DNA of 64,000 nucleotides from an uncultured Nitrososphaerales archaeon (lineage in GTDB: Archaea; Thermoproteota; Nitrososphaeria; Nitrososphaerales; Nitrososphaeraceae), in assembly GCA_963713605.1 (NCBI GenBank), contig CAVQMO010000010.1:96001-160000 (forward strand), in the 5' to 3' direction. Below are positions 22,191 to 34,593 of this stretch, piece after piece. Under the pieces are notes generated by a model. The model was not told where the DNA came from. It worked only from the letters and a program-made list of their open reading frames with translations, and searched no databases. A program made the position numbers and the translations under genes. Every line of letters begins with the position of its first letter. Position 1 is the first letter of the stretch.

Positions 22191-22675
22191 TTCACTACGC
22201 ATATTATAAGAAGTTTGCATTTTTACGTGTTCAGGAAAGGTACAAAATAATGGCATCAGAATTATTGAAAGCAATTCCTCACATGAAGCCAAGGACCCAC
22301 CTCACATTTTTAATGAACCAGAAAAATTGACTAGGTGAGATATGTGAAATTTGTACACAGAGGAGTTCTCGATTTGTTTCATTGAAACGGCAAGCTGCAA
22401 TAAGCCTCCAATAACGGTAGTTACTAACTTAGAGATAAGTGATTATCCCTTCTCCTTTCAAGTGCATATCAGCGGTGCACATTAATTCCTAGATGTTCTT
22501 GATTTCTGTTTTTTGAAGTTCAAGGAGCTTGTGTTTTGGCAATAACTAGTGATTGCCAATTTGACATATAATCAATAATACACGGAGAGAGCTGGGAGAG
22601 GGTGTGGATCTATTGATAGTAATGGGTAAGTTTCCTGCCATGTATTCATATAGTACAATGTACCATTTAAATAAT

Positions 22676-23548
22676 ATGGCAAACGTGGCTGTCGTGACAG
22701 GTAGCTCAAGTGGAATAGGATATGAAACGTCGCTTCTGTTGGCAAGAAATCAATTTACAACATATGCAACTATGAGGAATTTGAATAAGAGTGAGGGATT
22801 ACAGGAAATTGCAACGAAGGAAAAGATCCCACTAAAAGTAGCTCAACTAGATGTAAACAATGACTCATCAGTAGATAATGCAGTAGATTCCATAATCAAA
22901 GAAAATGGCAAGATAAATCTCTTGGTCAATAATGCCGGCTATGACTTGTTTGGTTCTCTTGAAGAGGCTAGTATTGAGGAGATAAGGGAGCAGTTTGAAA
23001 CAAATTTCTTTGGTGTAGTAAGAACCACGAAAGCAGTGGTACCAACCATGAGAAAACAAGGGAGTGGTACTATCGTTAATATAAGTTCTGTTGGTGGAAG
23101 ATTAGGGTTAACTCCATTTGGAACTGCATATCACGCAAGCAAGTTTGCCATAGAAGGTTTGACAGAATCATTAAGACATGAGCTTGTTGATTTTAACATA
23201 AACATCATACTAGTTGAACCGGGTGCTATCAGAAGCAACTTTATGGATAACATTAAGACAGTTAAAGGATTTCATTCAAATAAATCCCCATATGCCAAAA
23301 CAGTACAACAGATGTTTCAAGGGCTCGAATCATTTTTTGCTAGTTCATCTCATCCTGTTGATGTAGCACAAGTGATCCTAAATGTAGTAAATTCACCAAG
23401 CCCAGAATTAAGATATCCTGTGGGAAAAGACGCAGAATCAATCTTTAAAGCACGAACAGAACTATCTGACAGAGATCTAGAGAAGTGGGTACGGGAAAGT
23501 TATATGGAAAAGAAGGGTTTCGTACAGTTAATGATCCCGTGTAGATGA
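22676..23548 (+). CDS. SDR family oxidoreductase
   Basis: VTGSSSGIG, NNAG, YHASK, VEPG; start taken at MANVAVV. Confidence 0.92.
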   Translation: MANVAVVTGSSSGIGYETSLLLARNQFTTYATMRNLNKSEGLQEIATKEKIPLKVAQLDVNNDSSVDNAVDSIIKENGKINLLVNNAGYDLFGSLEEASIEEIREQFETNFFGVVRTTKAVVPTMRKQGSGTIVNISSVGGRLGLTPFGTAYHASKFAIEGLTESLRHELVDFNINIILVEPGAIRSNFMDNIKTVKGFHSNKSPYAKTVQQMFQGLESFFASSSHPVDVAQVILNVVNSPSPELRYPVGKDAESIFKARTELSDRDLEKWVRESYMEKKGFVQLMIPCR

Positions 23549-23965
23549 CAGATGAAAAAGTCGCTGTCAGCCGTCGTCGAATATGCTAAATCTGGAGTCA
23601 GAACAAATGCACATATCCTGTAAATCATACTGGTTGTTCATACGTTACTAATATTAGGAGCACCTTTAAATTGATGCACAAAGAATGTTCTTGTTCATAG
23701 TGGCAGTAATGGCTTGAAATTAGGCGCAAATGACGCGCCATAATCTATCTTCAATCTTTGCGAGAACCTGCAGATAGCGGCTTTTAGTGATTTCGTAAAG
23801 GCGATAGGGTCAGAATATTAGCTCGGCAATGTGCCTATCACTTAGATTTATCCTATCAAGGGTTTATTATCGAAAGTTATATTATATATTAGATGATTAC
23901 TAGTAGAATCTACTAGACATTGACGACAGGACAAGACTGGAATAAAACAAACGGACCAGTACGAG

Positions 23966-24166
23966 GTGAATATCGTGAAGACTGATAGAAAGTGCGAGAT
24001 CTGTGGAGCACTTAACATGCTGGTGGACAGTTTTGCTTATGATGCAGAATATAGCTACGATGATTATTATCAAACTGACTCGGTTAAGTTTTGTCCTTAT
24101 AGCTCAAAGCTCGAATGTGTTGATTGTCATAAGAAAGAGCATTCTAACAATAGAGCAAAAGAATGA
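23966..24166 (+). CDS. Small Cys-rich hypothetical protein
   Basis: CEIC...FCP...CVDCH. Confidence 0.4.
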   Translation: MNIVKTDRKCEICGALNMLVDSFAYDAEYSYDDYYQTDSVKFCPYSSKLECVDCHKKEHSNNRAKE

Positions 24167-24490
24167 ATTTGCAAAAGACAAAGCTCCCTAATTTCTTAAT
24201 CTATTAGGGAGATCAATCGTAACAGCTGCAGCTGCATATTCTTTGCAATTATTATTAATTATGCTATAACTACCACACAAAAATATCACTAATATGATAG
24301 TATGATGAATCAAACTCGATAATGGACTATATCTCCTGTTTTCGTCTATTTGAGGTTAAATCTACCCACAGGTCATGTCTAGAACAGTATTAGTGTGTTG
24401 ACAATAAAGTAACGGTGGGCATGATATTATTTCGTTACTATTAGGACTATTCAGTGGAGAATGCATTGTAAGGTTCATTCTTATTCATAG

Positions 24491-24946
24491 TCATTCATTT
24501 TCGTCGCTATTTTCATCTTGATCCTCTCCCTCATTATTATTGTCGCTGTTCCCATTCACCTCATCTTCTGCACCCTCTTCGGCTTCCGCTTCATCTTCAT
24601 CAGTACCTGGGGGAGTAACGATGTCCGGAGACGTAGGGGAAGGAACTCCAGTAGAAGTAGTTTCTTCGCCTGTAGATAATATCCTGTAGAGACTTCCTTG
24701 TCCTTCTGTGCCTCGATCATAAGCGAGAATATACAAATTACCATCAGGACCAGTCTCTATATCATTGATTCCCATGAAACCCGTCTCAAATGTAACAGCT
24801 GATATTTCGTCGTCACTATCTGCGATTAGATCACTTAACAAGGGATCATTTTCCAAATTCAAACCAGTTCTATTAGCATTTGGTTCAAAGTAAAAAAGTG
24901 TGCCAGTGGTTATATCTCCTACAAAAATACCATTTTCATAACGCAT
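24491..24946 (-). pseudogene. 3' fragment of a PQQ/GSDH dehydrogenase with acidic tail
   Basis: IFVGDITTGTLFYF and TGFMGINDIETGPDGNLYIL closely parallel the C-terminus of 1510..2850; the N-terminal two thirds are absent. Confidence 0.8.
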
Positions 24947-26152
24947 AGAAACAAACTAATTTGACTCGACAAAATTCGATTTCGTCATAGGGATCGGTCA
25001 TCGTCATGCTAAATAACTGGATTGAAGTATACATTTCTATAGATACTACGATGGGAAACTTCAGCATACTGTTACGATTGCCTTTTGTTCCTAAACAGGT
25101 TTTAGTAATAAGCCAACTTGCTAAGAGTTTATCAATCGTTACAAATAACACAATCTTACCTTTGACTGAGCCGCTTGCTAGTAATTCATGAGCCTGAGCA
25201 GCCTGATTCAGAGGCATCCTTGCTGCAACAATAGGTTTGATCTTCTCTTGATTTAGTAAATTTAATAATAAAATTAAATCTTCATGGAACCAATCTGGCT
25301 TTAGCCTTTTTAGCGTTTGTATGCTATATAACATAAAATTTTTGTTGTCGGGAACCAGATTCAAGGTAAACATCATCAACCATTCTTGGAGGTCTGTAGT
25401 CGGTGTGCCTCCATAAGCGACTAATCTACCACCACTACGAAGAATCTCATATGAGGACTTTAGCGATTTTCCTCCAATGCCATCGAATACAGCATCTACA
25501 CCTTCCTTACCATTTTGATCATGACTAGTAAGTTTGATAACCTCTTGAACTAAATCGACTGACTTGTAATCTATAGGGATACCACCTAAATTAGATACAA
25601 TACCATTTTTTTCATATGATGTAGTTCCATACATTTTTTTCAGATTAGCAACTTCCCCAATTGGAGTAGTGCTGTGCCAACACCGCCGGCAGCACCGCCA
25701 TTAATTAATATGCTTTCGCCAGGTTGCATGTGGGTACAACGATGGAGCATCTGATAAGCAGTGATATAATTCAACACTAAACTTACAGCCTCAGCATGAT
25801 CAAGTCCAGGTGGGACTGGTACCAGGTCATCTGGTGACAGAAATATATATTCTACATATCCTCCGACTATTGGTAAAGCAGCGACCATCTGACCTGCTTG
25901 CCATGTTGATATTTTGTCTCCTACTTTGTCAACAACGCCGACAACATCCCATCCTGGAGTAAATGGTGTTCTTCCAAGATTCCAAGATTCCGGATGAACC
26001 CCTTTTCGCATAAGAATATCTGCAAAGGACACTCCTGCAGCAAGCACCTTTACACGCACTTCATTAGCTTGTGGTTCAAGAAGCTCATCCTCAGCTAGTA
26101 AGAGATTCTCTGGTCTACCGAATCTAGGTAGTACAATATGCTTATACTTCAT
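24936..26152 (-). CDS. Medium-chain dehydrogenase/reductase (quinone oxidoreductase-like), frameshifted
   Basis: GVSFAD, TPGWDVVG, GAAGGVG, FDGIGG, GKIVL; the natural end is probably near 25140. Confidence 0.85.
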
Positions 26153-26872
26153 TATGATGCAGTGGTAGTAGCCAAACTAGGCTTAAAGGTGTAAAGTGGT
26201 GATAAAATCATCATGGACAGAATTATGAGGCAGCCAATTAAAGTAGTAGAATTAGAAAAAGGCTTAGAATTCAAGATACGGTAAGATACATGCAATACTT
26301 CTAAATAAATATACTATCGCTTGTTTGAATCACCTGTACTTATGTGACTATGATATATGGGAGACGTGGTAAAAATATTGACGTAATTTGGGGATGACAT
26401 ATGACCATCAAAGATTGGCAGTCTTTATTAGGGACAGGCGGTAGACTTTTAACGTGTCTTTTTGAGAATCCTGGTCATGACCTTGTTAGCATGCTCCGAA
26501 GTGGAAAATCTGATTATTATATCAAGAAACATATAATTGAGAATATTTCATTCAATTGCTCTTGAAATTTACTGTAAAGTTCTGTATCCTCTCTCTTATC
26601 GAAACTAACATTTCCTACCTTTTCTACATTTCCTATTGCTTTATCAAGCTCTGATAAACCAATAGTACATTCCGCTAATCTGTTTGTCAAGAAGAACACA
26701 GAAGAAAGAAGATAAATACAATCGTACAGGTGTAGATTATATTTCAGGTATGGTTCAGCCCTATCGAACGAATTAAGAGGCGACACGTACGATATGGTAA
26801 TTTATACTTAAATATGCATGAAGGAGAATTTGATATGTTGAGTGGAATGGAACTATTGAATGGAGGTCGTAA

Positions 26873-27542
26873 ATGACACCTAAAATACTTTCTATCAATG
26901 TTTCTCTCCCTAAAGAAATAGATTTTGAAGGACAGAAGGTAACAACAGGTATTTTCAAGGAGCCTATTGAGGGACGTATAATGTTAAGAACACTTAATCT
27001 AGATGGTGACAAACAAGCAGATTTAACAGTTCATGGTGGTCCAGATAAGGCGGTATATGCATATCCGATAGAACATTATGAATTCTGGCGTAAAGTTTAT
27101 CCTGACATGGAGATGCCAAATGGGATGTTTGGAGAGAACTTTACAATAGAGGGTCTGATGGAAATCGATGTTAATGTAGGTGATATTTTTAGAATAGGAT
27201 CTTCAAAGGTTGTTGCAACTCAACCTAGAATGCCATGTTATAAACTCGGTGTAAAATTTGGACGTATGGATGTCCTCAAAAAGTTTCTAGCAAGTGGTCG
27301 TTCAGGAATTTATTTCAAAGTGTTAAAAGAGGGAGAGGTTGGTGCAGGAGATTGTAATAGTCCGAATAAAGAATGATTCTAATCGAGTCGGCATTGGAGA
27401 CATTGTAAGATTGTACGCAAGTGACAGAGAAGATATCAAGACAATGCGACGTGCTGTCAAAGTTGAAGCTTTGCCTGAAGGATGGAAACACTATTTTTAT
27501 GAACAAATTAGACGAGTAGAAAAAAAGTTAGGTCAAAGGTAA
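26873..27542 (+). CDS. MOSC domain protein with 3-alpha domain (YiiM-like), frameshifted
   Basis: GDKQAD..VHGGPDKAV, FGENFT, QPRMPCYKL, RSGIYF; tail ALPEGW in ORF 27339..27542. Confidence 0.88.
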
Positions 27543-27658
27543 CTCCTGTGAATGAAAATAGAAATGAGAAATAGGATGAATTCAATACGCATGACATAGA
27601 AGAACAACAACCAGATCCGCTGGGATATCATGGATAAAAAAGCTACTCTCACTGATAG

Positions 27659-28310
27659 CTATGGTAGAATTGCACTCTTGTACTTGAGTATGCCCAGCAC
27701 ATAACCAGTAGCCAAAAGAATCCCTCGTTCTGTACCTACGGCACGAACAGGGCTAGAAAATAATGAGCCTACTGCCCATGAAATAGAGCTGATGATCAGT
27801 AAAACGACACCAGTCCAGCTAGATTCCTCTGATTCTAGAGTAGGAAGAACTAAAATGATTAATCCTACAAATCCAGCAGTAATGCCTGCTATGCTTAGTC
27901 TAGTGGGTTTTTTCCCAAGAAACAGCAACATGAATATTGCTACCCAAATTGGTATGGTGGAATTGATTAGAGACTGCGGCTCCTGAAGACAAGTACTGAG
28001 CCCCTAATGCGAGTATTCCCTGTCCCCCCACAATAAAGAATAGGGCTGATAATAACCAGCCTTTCCAGAGTTGTTTATTTTTGATCTGAATACTCTGGTA
28101 GTCTTTTTTATTGGAACGACGATAATCAGTATGAAGCAAGATATAATGAGTGGCTACTAACAATACACCTGCGATGAAAAAACGCATTCCAAATGAAGCC
28201 AGTGGTTCAACTTCATCAACGATAATCTTGATCGCGATAAAGCTCGATCCCCACAGAAGTGATAACATCATGATAGCTACTAACACTACGGTTAATTGCG
28301 AGTGATGCAT
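27659..28310 (-). pseudogene. EamA/DMT transporter, frameshifted and truncated
   Basis: LWGSSFIAIK, MRFFIAG, SWAVGS; second EamA repeat incomplete. Confidence 0.75.
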
Positions 28311-28719
28311 CAGAGTGCTATCGAATCCTTCATTATATTTGTTTTATTGATGAATTATATAGTTGCAAATTTGCTAATTTGACTTTTTGTTGGATCGGTG
28401 AACATAGCTAATAAATTACCTAAGATTTAATGATAGAAAATAATTAGTAGACCAATTGTGCTACTTGGAATTAAAATGTACGATCAATTGGTCATTTACA
28501 AACTATAAGAGTAGGGATATTAGACCAGTTGGGATCCAAAAAATGTATATCGAACCGCAGGTAGTACATTTTAAAATCTGGCAACTGCTAGTCAACATAA
28601 CGTAGCGACTAGATCGACTTAGATGGTTGGCAGGTAGGAAAACGTCAACTAGATGGATATACATTTTAATGTAGTCACCGTCAAAATTTTTATAGTGTAG
28701 AAAAAAGGTATATTATAAA

Positions 28720-28962
28720 TTGAATCCACAATTATCCAAGGCTATTTTTGGGATAGGGTTTGCGTTGTCTGTCGCATCAGTAGCAACTGTCTATGTCATG
28801 ATGCTGGCTACACAGAATCAGAACTTAAATACGCAGGCTAATCCCACCTCTCAACAACCTGCGCCAACGAATTCTAATACTGGCATAAATACCTCAACAA
28901 CAATTGCAATACCTAATGGAGCGGCGGTAGGTATTTATCAAATACCTAATTTTGTACTATAG
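28720..28962 (+). pseudogene. Possible N-terminal fragment of a membrane-anchored cupredoxin-like protein
   Basis: TM helix, Thr/Asn/Gln linker, then TIAIPNGAA, similar to VTIAEGAA at the start of the cupredoxin domain of 62123..62593. Confidence 0.4.
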
Positions 28963-29349
28963 TGACTATGATTATGATATTTCCACCAGAACACTACAAT
29001 ACTGTTATTTCAGTATTGCTCTAGTCTTAATAAAGAGAGACATCCTTAAAGTATTTCTAAAAAGCCTTAGACGCAAAAAAGAGAATTACGTTTAGTACAT
29101 TAAACAGGTTCAGACTCATAAAAATCTGATATGTACTCTGTTAGAACTCCTAGAGAGAATTTAACGCATTGTCTAGCACTCATCATCGGACCACACTCGT
29201 CTAACTGTCATGAGCGTTTTCGTACTTACAGAGATTTGTGAGAGCCATCTCTTTAGGACAGCATGTCGGATATAAATCAGAACCTCAGGCAGCCTCAGCT
29301 ATTTATTATTAGTACTACACTTATCACGGCGTATTTGAAACAGCCATAA

Positions 29350-31566
29350 CTATTTTGAAGCTTGTTGTAAGGAGTACGCTTTCTTCAATTCGTCAGAGGT
29401 ATAGATCCTTGCTTCTTTTTGTTTCCTATCTCCAAACTTTGGCTTGTATCTTCCAAGCAGTATTGAGTTTCCTACCACTGTCACTGAGCTCATTGCCATT
29501 GCTACTCCAGCTAACATAGGAAGCCATCCAAATATCCCAACACCTAGAAAAGGTACCAAGACACCTCCAGCTATCGGAATTAATCCAGCATTATATGCAA
29601 ATGCCCAGAATAGATTTTGCTTTATCTTGGATACAGTCTTCTTTCCAAGATCAAGGGCTGTAACTACATCCCTAATATCATCTTTGATCAAGATAATACC
29701 TCCAGTCTCCTTGGCAACATCCGTTCCAGAACCTATTGCAATGCCCAAATCAGCTCTTGCCAGTGCTGGTGCATCATTAATTCCATCACCTACCATCGCC
29801 ACCACTTTTCCTTCACTTTTTAGTTTAGAGATTACTCGTTCTTTTTCTTGGGGTAATACTTGAGCAATAACTCTATCAATTCCAAGCTTGGATGCAACAG
29901 CATTAGCAGTTCTTTCATTATCTCCTGTAAGCATTACCACTTCTATTCCCATTGATTTTAGTTCATCAATTGCTTCCTTAGCATTCTCTTTTATAGTATC
30001 TGCAATACCAATAATTCCTGCAAGTTTATTGTCAATTGCCACGAGTACCGCTGTTTTTCCCTGATTTTCAAGATCTTTGAGTTTCGAATCTGTAGTTGCA
30101 GTAACTTGGATATTGTTATCATCCATTAACTTTCTATTTCCGACAAGTATTGCATGATCAGCGTATCTGGCCTGAAGACCATGTCCTGATACCGCTTTAA
30201 AAATGTCGGGATTTGACACCATGATGCCTTTTTCTTTTGCATAACTAACGACTGCCTGACCTAAAGGGTGTTCAGAACCTGACTCTGCAATTGCAGCAAG
30301 TCTGAGTAGTTCTGTCTCGCCTATAGTATTAGTAAGATCTATAATATCGGTTACAGATGGTTTGCCCTTTGTCAATGTTCCAGTTTTGTCAAATACTATT
30401 GTTTTGACTTTGCGTGCTATTTCCAGATGTTCTCCTCCCTTGAATAATATACCATATTCAGCTCCCTTTCCTACACCCATCATCAACGCAGCGGGTGTTG
30501 CAATACCAAGAGCACATGGGCATGCAATAATTATCACAGATACAAATGCTAAAAGTGAAAAAGTAATGCCTATACCGCCAATAAAATACCATCCAAGGCC
30601 TACACCTATTGCAACTACTAATACTGCTGGTACGAAATATTTGGCTACCTGATCTACCAATCTCTGCATCTGTGCTTTTCCTGTTTTAGCTTCTTCTACA
30701 AGTTTGATAATTTGGGAAAGTACTGTATCCTGTCCCACTTTAGTGGCTTTGATTTTTAGCAAACCACTCTTATTTATTGTAGCACCAATAACCTCATCAT
30801 CTTTTTTCTTATCTACAGGTATGCTTTCACCTGTTACTGCAGATTCATCGACAGATGATAAGCCATATGTTACAACTCCGTCGGTTGGTATCCTCTCCCC
30901 TGGTCTTATGACCATAACATCTCCCCCTTTCACCTGTTCTATCGGAATCTCAAGTTCGACCTCTTCATTTCCTTTTCTTCTTATGACCTTGGCCATCTTT
31001 GGTTGAAGGTCTAACAATTTCCTTACAGCATCAGAGGCCTTCTCCTTTGTTCTCGTTTCAAGCAGTCTTCCAATTAGTATCAAGGTGATAATAATTGCTG
31101 CAGTTTCAAAGTATACGGACTCAAATGGGAAGTAGCCAGGAGCTATTGTTACTACTGCGCTGTATAAATAAGCGGCAGTAGTACCTATTGCAATAAGCGT
31201 ATCCATATTCGACGCTTTAGCCTTGATACCATCCCATAACCCTCTATAGAACCGCCATCCGATCCAGAATTGTAACGGTGTTGCTAATGCTAACATCACA
31301 TAATTAGTATAATTCATAATCTCCATTGGAAGTAGGTGACCAAACTGTCCAGGAAACATGTGAGGTAAACTTAAGATTACTATGGGTATTGTAAGTGCAA
31401 TACTTATAGCAACACATATCTTGAGCTTTCGTAGTTCTTTCTCGGGCTGAGCGAACTCATTTAAGCATTGATTACTGCAAAAGTAGTATATTCTGCCATC
31501 TTTGTTATACTGTATTGTATGGGGTTTTTCCTCAACAAACATGCCGCATACGGGATCTTTTGCCAT
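29350..31566 (-). CDS. copA: Copper-translocating P1B-type ATPase with N-terminal YHS/TRASH domain
   Basis: KDPVCGM...YYFCS..C, TGES, CPCALG, DKTGT, SEHP, GDGIND, YN, MAMSS. Confidence 0.95.
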   Translation of the reverse strand: MAKDPVCGMFVEEKPHTIQYNKDGRIYYFCSNQCLNEFAQPEKELRKLKICVAISIALTIPIVILSLPHMFPGQFGHLLPMEIMNYTNYVMLALATPLQFWIGWRFYRGLWDGIKAKASNMDTLIAIGTTAAYLYSAVVTIAPGYFPFESVYFETAAIIITLILIGRLLETRTKEKASDAVRKLLDLQPKMAKVIRRKGNEEVELEIPIEQVKGGDVMVIRPGERIPTDGVVTYGLSSVDESAVTGESIPVDKKKDDEVIGATINKSGLLKIKATKVGQDTVLSQIIKLVEEAKTGKAQMQRLVDQVAKYFVPAVLVVAIGVGLGWYFIGGIGITFSLLAFVSVIIIACPCALGIATPAALMMGVGKGAEYGILFKGGEHLEIARKVKTIVFDKTGTLTKGKPSVTDIIDLTNTIGETELLRLAAIAESGSEHPLGQAVVSYAKEKGIMVSNPDIFKAVSGHGLQARYADHAILVGNRKLMDDNNIQVTATTDSKLKDLENQGKTAVLVAIDNKLAGIIGIADTIKENAKEAIDELKSMGIEVVMLTGDNERTANAVASKLGIDRVIAQVLPQEKERVISKLKSEGKVVAMVGDGINDAPALARADLGIAIGSGTDVAKETGGIILIKDDIRDVVTALDLGKKTVSKIKQNLFWAFAYNAGLIPIAGGVLVPFLGVGIFGWLPMLAGVAMAMSSVTVVGNSILLGRYKPKFGDRKQKEARIYTSDELKKAYSLQQASK

Positions 31567-31611
31567 TCTTTCTACCTTGTATATGCACCGACAGATGTAT
31601 AAGTATAGGCC

Positions 31612-31625
31612 TTTACATTTGTAAA
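31612..31625. promoter_or_regulatory. Palindromic candidate operator in the copA promoter
   Basis: TTTACA-TT-TGTAAA between copA and a divergent regulator. Confidence 0.4.
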
Positions 31626-31670
31626 AATATAATAGACTGAAGCAACTGTGTGAAATTCACATAGATACAG

Positions 31671-31975
31671 ATGCCTTATGAATTAGATGATTATGATGTA
31701 GCTATATACTACATGCTCTGATGAAAGATGGCCGTAAATCATTCCGTGAGATTTCTCGGGAAACTGGTATAACAACACCAACTGTTAAAGCAAGGTTTGA
31801 GCGGCTGATCAATGTAATGTAAGATCTGTCTCTCCGATTTTTGATTTTGGGGCAGTAGGAGATGATATAATGAAATCAGAATTATATGATGATGAGATCA
31901 GAAATAACAAGCCAGCAGAAAATGAAATTAAAAATAGGAAGATCTACAGCGGCACGTTGCAGAGCCAAGGAAAAC
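31671..31975 (+). pseudogene. Lrp/AsnC-type HTH regulator (CopR/CopT-like), disrupted
   Basis: Manual translation MPYELDDYDVAI/LHALMKDGRKSFREISRETGITTPTVKARFERL; frame breaks follow and no C-terminal TRASH cysteines are seen. Confidence 0.7.
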
Positions 31976-33312
31976 TATTGCTTCAAGAAGGGATTGCTTT
32001 TCATCATTATCATATCTATTAAAAGAGCTGCCGTCCACGAAAAGTTCTTACCTCCGAGGCCTGCTCCTGTAGTAGGGTCATAATACTCTCTGAATCCCTG
32101 ATCTGCCACAAGTCTGCATATCCCTTGCCGTATACGTTCTGCCCTATCAATAAATCCATATCGCAATAGGCCTAACCTTAGAGCCCAATTTGTGTTGATC
32201 CAGATCGGCCCTCTCCAATAAGTAACTGGCTTGAAGTATGATTCATTTTCATCGGTGCTAGCGATAGTATCATACTCAGCGCAGAAATCAGCATTACTTA
32301 TCCATTTTACTATTGACTCAGCATCTTGATTTGATATTAGACCTGTATAGATAGGTGAAAGAGATGAAACAGTTCTTTTGATTATCCGATCACTAATTAC
32401 AATATCATAGTCATAAAAGAGACCATCAGACACATTGGATTTTCCATCTAATGGCATTGTAAAGTATTTGTAAAAATTCTGTTCTGTCCTTGATATCCAT
32501 TCCGAAATCTCTTGTGAATTTTCTCCTAATATGTTTGCAATATGTACGAGAATCTTGTTGGCAACGTATAGCATGCCACTAAATGATACATCCTTGATCT
32601 TGAAAGGGAACTTTTTGTACATCTCTCTCTCATCGTAATTATACATCTTCATCAAATCTATAAGAAAGATGAATTTATTATATTCCGCATCCGAAGGAAT
32701 AGTATCTATTGCACCGTCTACAGCTATGACATCCAGCCTTTCGAATTTTGAAAGCTTGGTAATGCTCACTCTTGCCAATGCATCATCCCAAATAGGAGAA
32801 TCATCACGGCCTGATTCCCATGGGTGAAAAATTGTCACCAAGCCTGACTTTTCGGGATCACGTTCAGTCATAAGGTATCTGTGAAATTTCAAGAGGTTTG
32901 GATAGACTTTTGCCAAGAACTCTTTAGTTTTTGTTTTATCTTTACTGTTGTAATGAATATAGAAACATGCGAGAGCATGCACGGGGGGCTGAGTCATTCC
33001 GGATGTCCCAATATGCATTGGTGCATTAGGAGAACGCGTAATCTCATAATATTCAGCAGTGGGGAAATAAGTTTTTTCCTTCTCATTAAATACTATATGA
33101 GGGATCATCCCGTTCTTCCACTGAGCATCTAATAAATATTCAAGTTCCTTCATTGCCCGATCTGTATCAAAGTATGAGTTCCCAATTGCGATAAAGCATG
33201 AATCCCAACTCCATTGATGAGGGTATAATGTTGCAGAGGGTATCGTAAATTTACCAGTCCAATTGCCATCTAGTACTTTTTTTGCAGCTTCTACAAGCTC
33301 TGACGCATCCAA
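31975..33312 (-). CDS. GH63-like glycoside hydrolase (mannosyl-/glucosylglycerate hydrolase-like)
   Basis: YPHQWSWDS, TQPP, HPWESGRDDSP.WD, YWRGPIW.N, FREYY, FSWTAA. Confidence 0.88.
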   Translation of the reverse strand: MDASELVEAAKKVLDGNWTGKFTIPSATLYPHQWSWDSCFIAIGNSYFDTDRAMKELEYLLDAQWKNGMIPHIVFNEKEKTYFPTAEYYEITRSPNAPMHIGTSGMTQPPVHALACFYIHYNSKDKTKTKEFLAKVYPNLLKFHRYLMTERDPEKSGLVTIFHPWESGRDDSPIWDDALARVSITKLSKFERLDVIAVDGAIDTIPSDAEYNKFIFLIDLMKMYNYDEREMYKKFPFKIKDVSFSGMLYVANKILVHIANILGENSQEISEWISRTEQNFYKYFTMPLDGKSNVSDGLFYDYDIVISDRIIKRTVSSLSPIYTGLISNQDAESIVKWISNADFCAEYDTIASTDENESYFKPVTYWRGPIWINTNWALRLGLLRYGFIDRAERIRQGICRLVADQGFREYYDPTTGAGLGGKNFSWTAALLIDMIMMKSNPFLKQ

Positions 33313-33506
33313 CGGGTACCACGTATTAACCTTGCTTAAAATGTTTTATCTAAATTGATAAGGGGAGATCTTACAACCAAAATATCTAAGGATATTGATC
33401 TGTAGAAGTCATGAACAGAGGAATCATCAATTTATTTTTGATTGATTTGATCGAATCATGACATACTATATATTAAAAGGGCCATAAATTATATTCAGAC
33501 TAGATA

Positions 33507-34223
33507 ATGGAGTTGTTTCATTTTTACGATTTCATAATTGTTATAGTTTTCATACTACTTGTTGTATTATCACTCAATGAAATAGTACTTGGACAACTGG
33601 AAAGAGATCTGGGCAATCACATGATTTTAGAACATACCCTATTCTTTTCTATTGGTTCACTGTCAGTATGTGTTGCCGAACGCATTCTGAAGTTCATGGT
33701 AAGCAATGAAAGGAATTCTTTTATCAGCAGCAAATCGAAAATCCAGCGTCCTCCTTCGAGAGCAACCGAGAATGCAATCCAGTATTAGAAAGCAACTCTG
33801 CGAACGATCTTCAAATTAAATACACATCCGTGGAGCTGGATAGCTATTGCTGGCTCTCTCATTTTTGTATGGCATATACCTCAAATTTTTGACTATGCCT
33901 CGACTCATGATTATGTCCATTTTATACAACACCTCTCATTTATCATGGTCGGAGCGGCCACGTTTATGATAATAAGACTTCTCGGAGAATCATTTAACCT
34001 GTTTCTAATATTTTCACTTATCGGGATGATGGGTTTTAGTGGATTAATCCTGGTTATTTCAGACAATCCCATTTACCAGGTGTACTCTATAAGAAGCCAT
34101 CATAATGCGGGTATTTACATGATCATATCCTTTATCATACTTTTACTAGTGATCATGCCCACTTATTTGATTCGACGCACCATGTTTCACATAAATACTT
34201 CTACGTCTGGTGGCGATGAATGA
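33507..34223 (+). pseudogene. CtaG/DUF1404-like membrane protein with in-frame TAG at 33786-33788
   Basis: HMILEH, then reading through the TAG gives VWHIPQIFDYASTHDYVHFIQHLSF in frame with ORF 33945..34223. Confidence 0.72.
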
Positions 34224-34284
34224 TACTTGCTAATGAAATATTAAGAAAGTTATATGTACAAGTGTTGCAAAGTAGACGAAGGGT

Positions 34285-34593
34285 ATGGCAAAGATTAACG
34301 TAGGAAATGTTTCTGAAATTCCAGAAGGGAAAATGACACACGTTGTAGCTGGCGATAAAGATATTCTAGTAGCAAATGTTCAAGGAAAGTATTATGCAAC
34401 AAGCAATACTTGTCCCCATCAAGGAGCAGAGCTTCATGAGGGCGAGCTTAATGGTAGCGAGCTAACATGTCCATGGCACGGCTCGAAGTGGGAGGTTACA
34501 ACAGGAAATTTGAACTGGTTTCCTCAGAAACTAGAGCCGCTAGGATCATACAGGGTTACAGTAGAAAATGATTTTATCTATGTAGAAGTCTAA
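34285..34593 (+). CDS. Rieske [2Fe-2S] ferredoxin
   Basis: CPHQG...CPWHG. Confidence 0.92.
   Translation: MAKINVGNVSEIPEGKMTHVVAGDKDILVANVQGKYYATSNTCPHQGAELHEGELNGSELTCPWHGSKWEVTTGNLNWFPQKLEPLGSYRVTVENDFIYVEV

Noticed and set aside
16425..27542. Programmed ribosomal frameshifting in the split genes
   Set aside because: Shifts occur in many unrelated enzyme families with no common slippery motif; sequencing error or decay is simpler.
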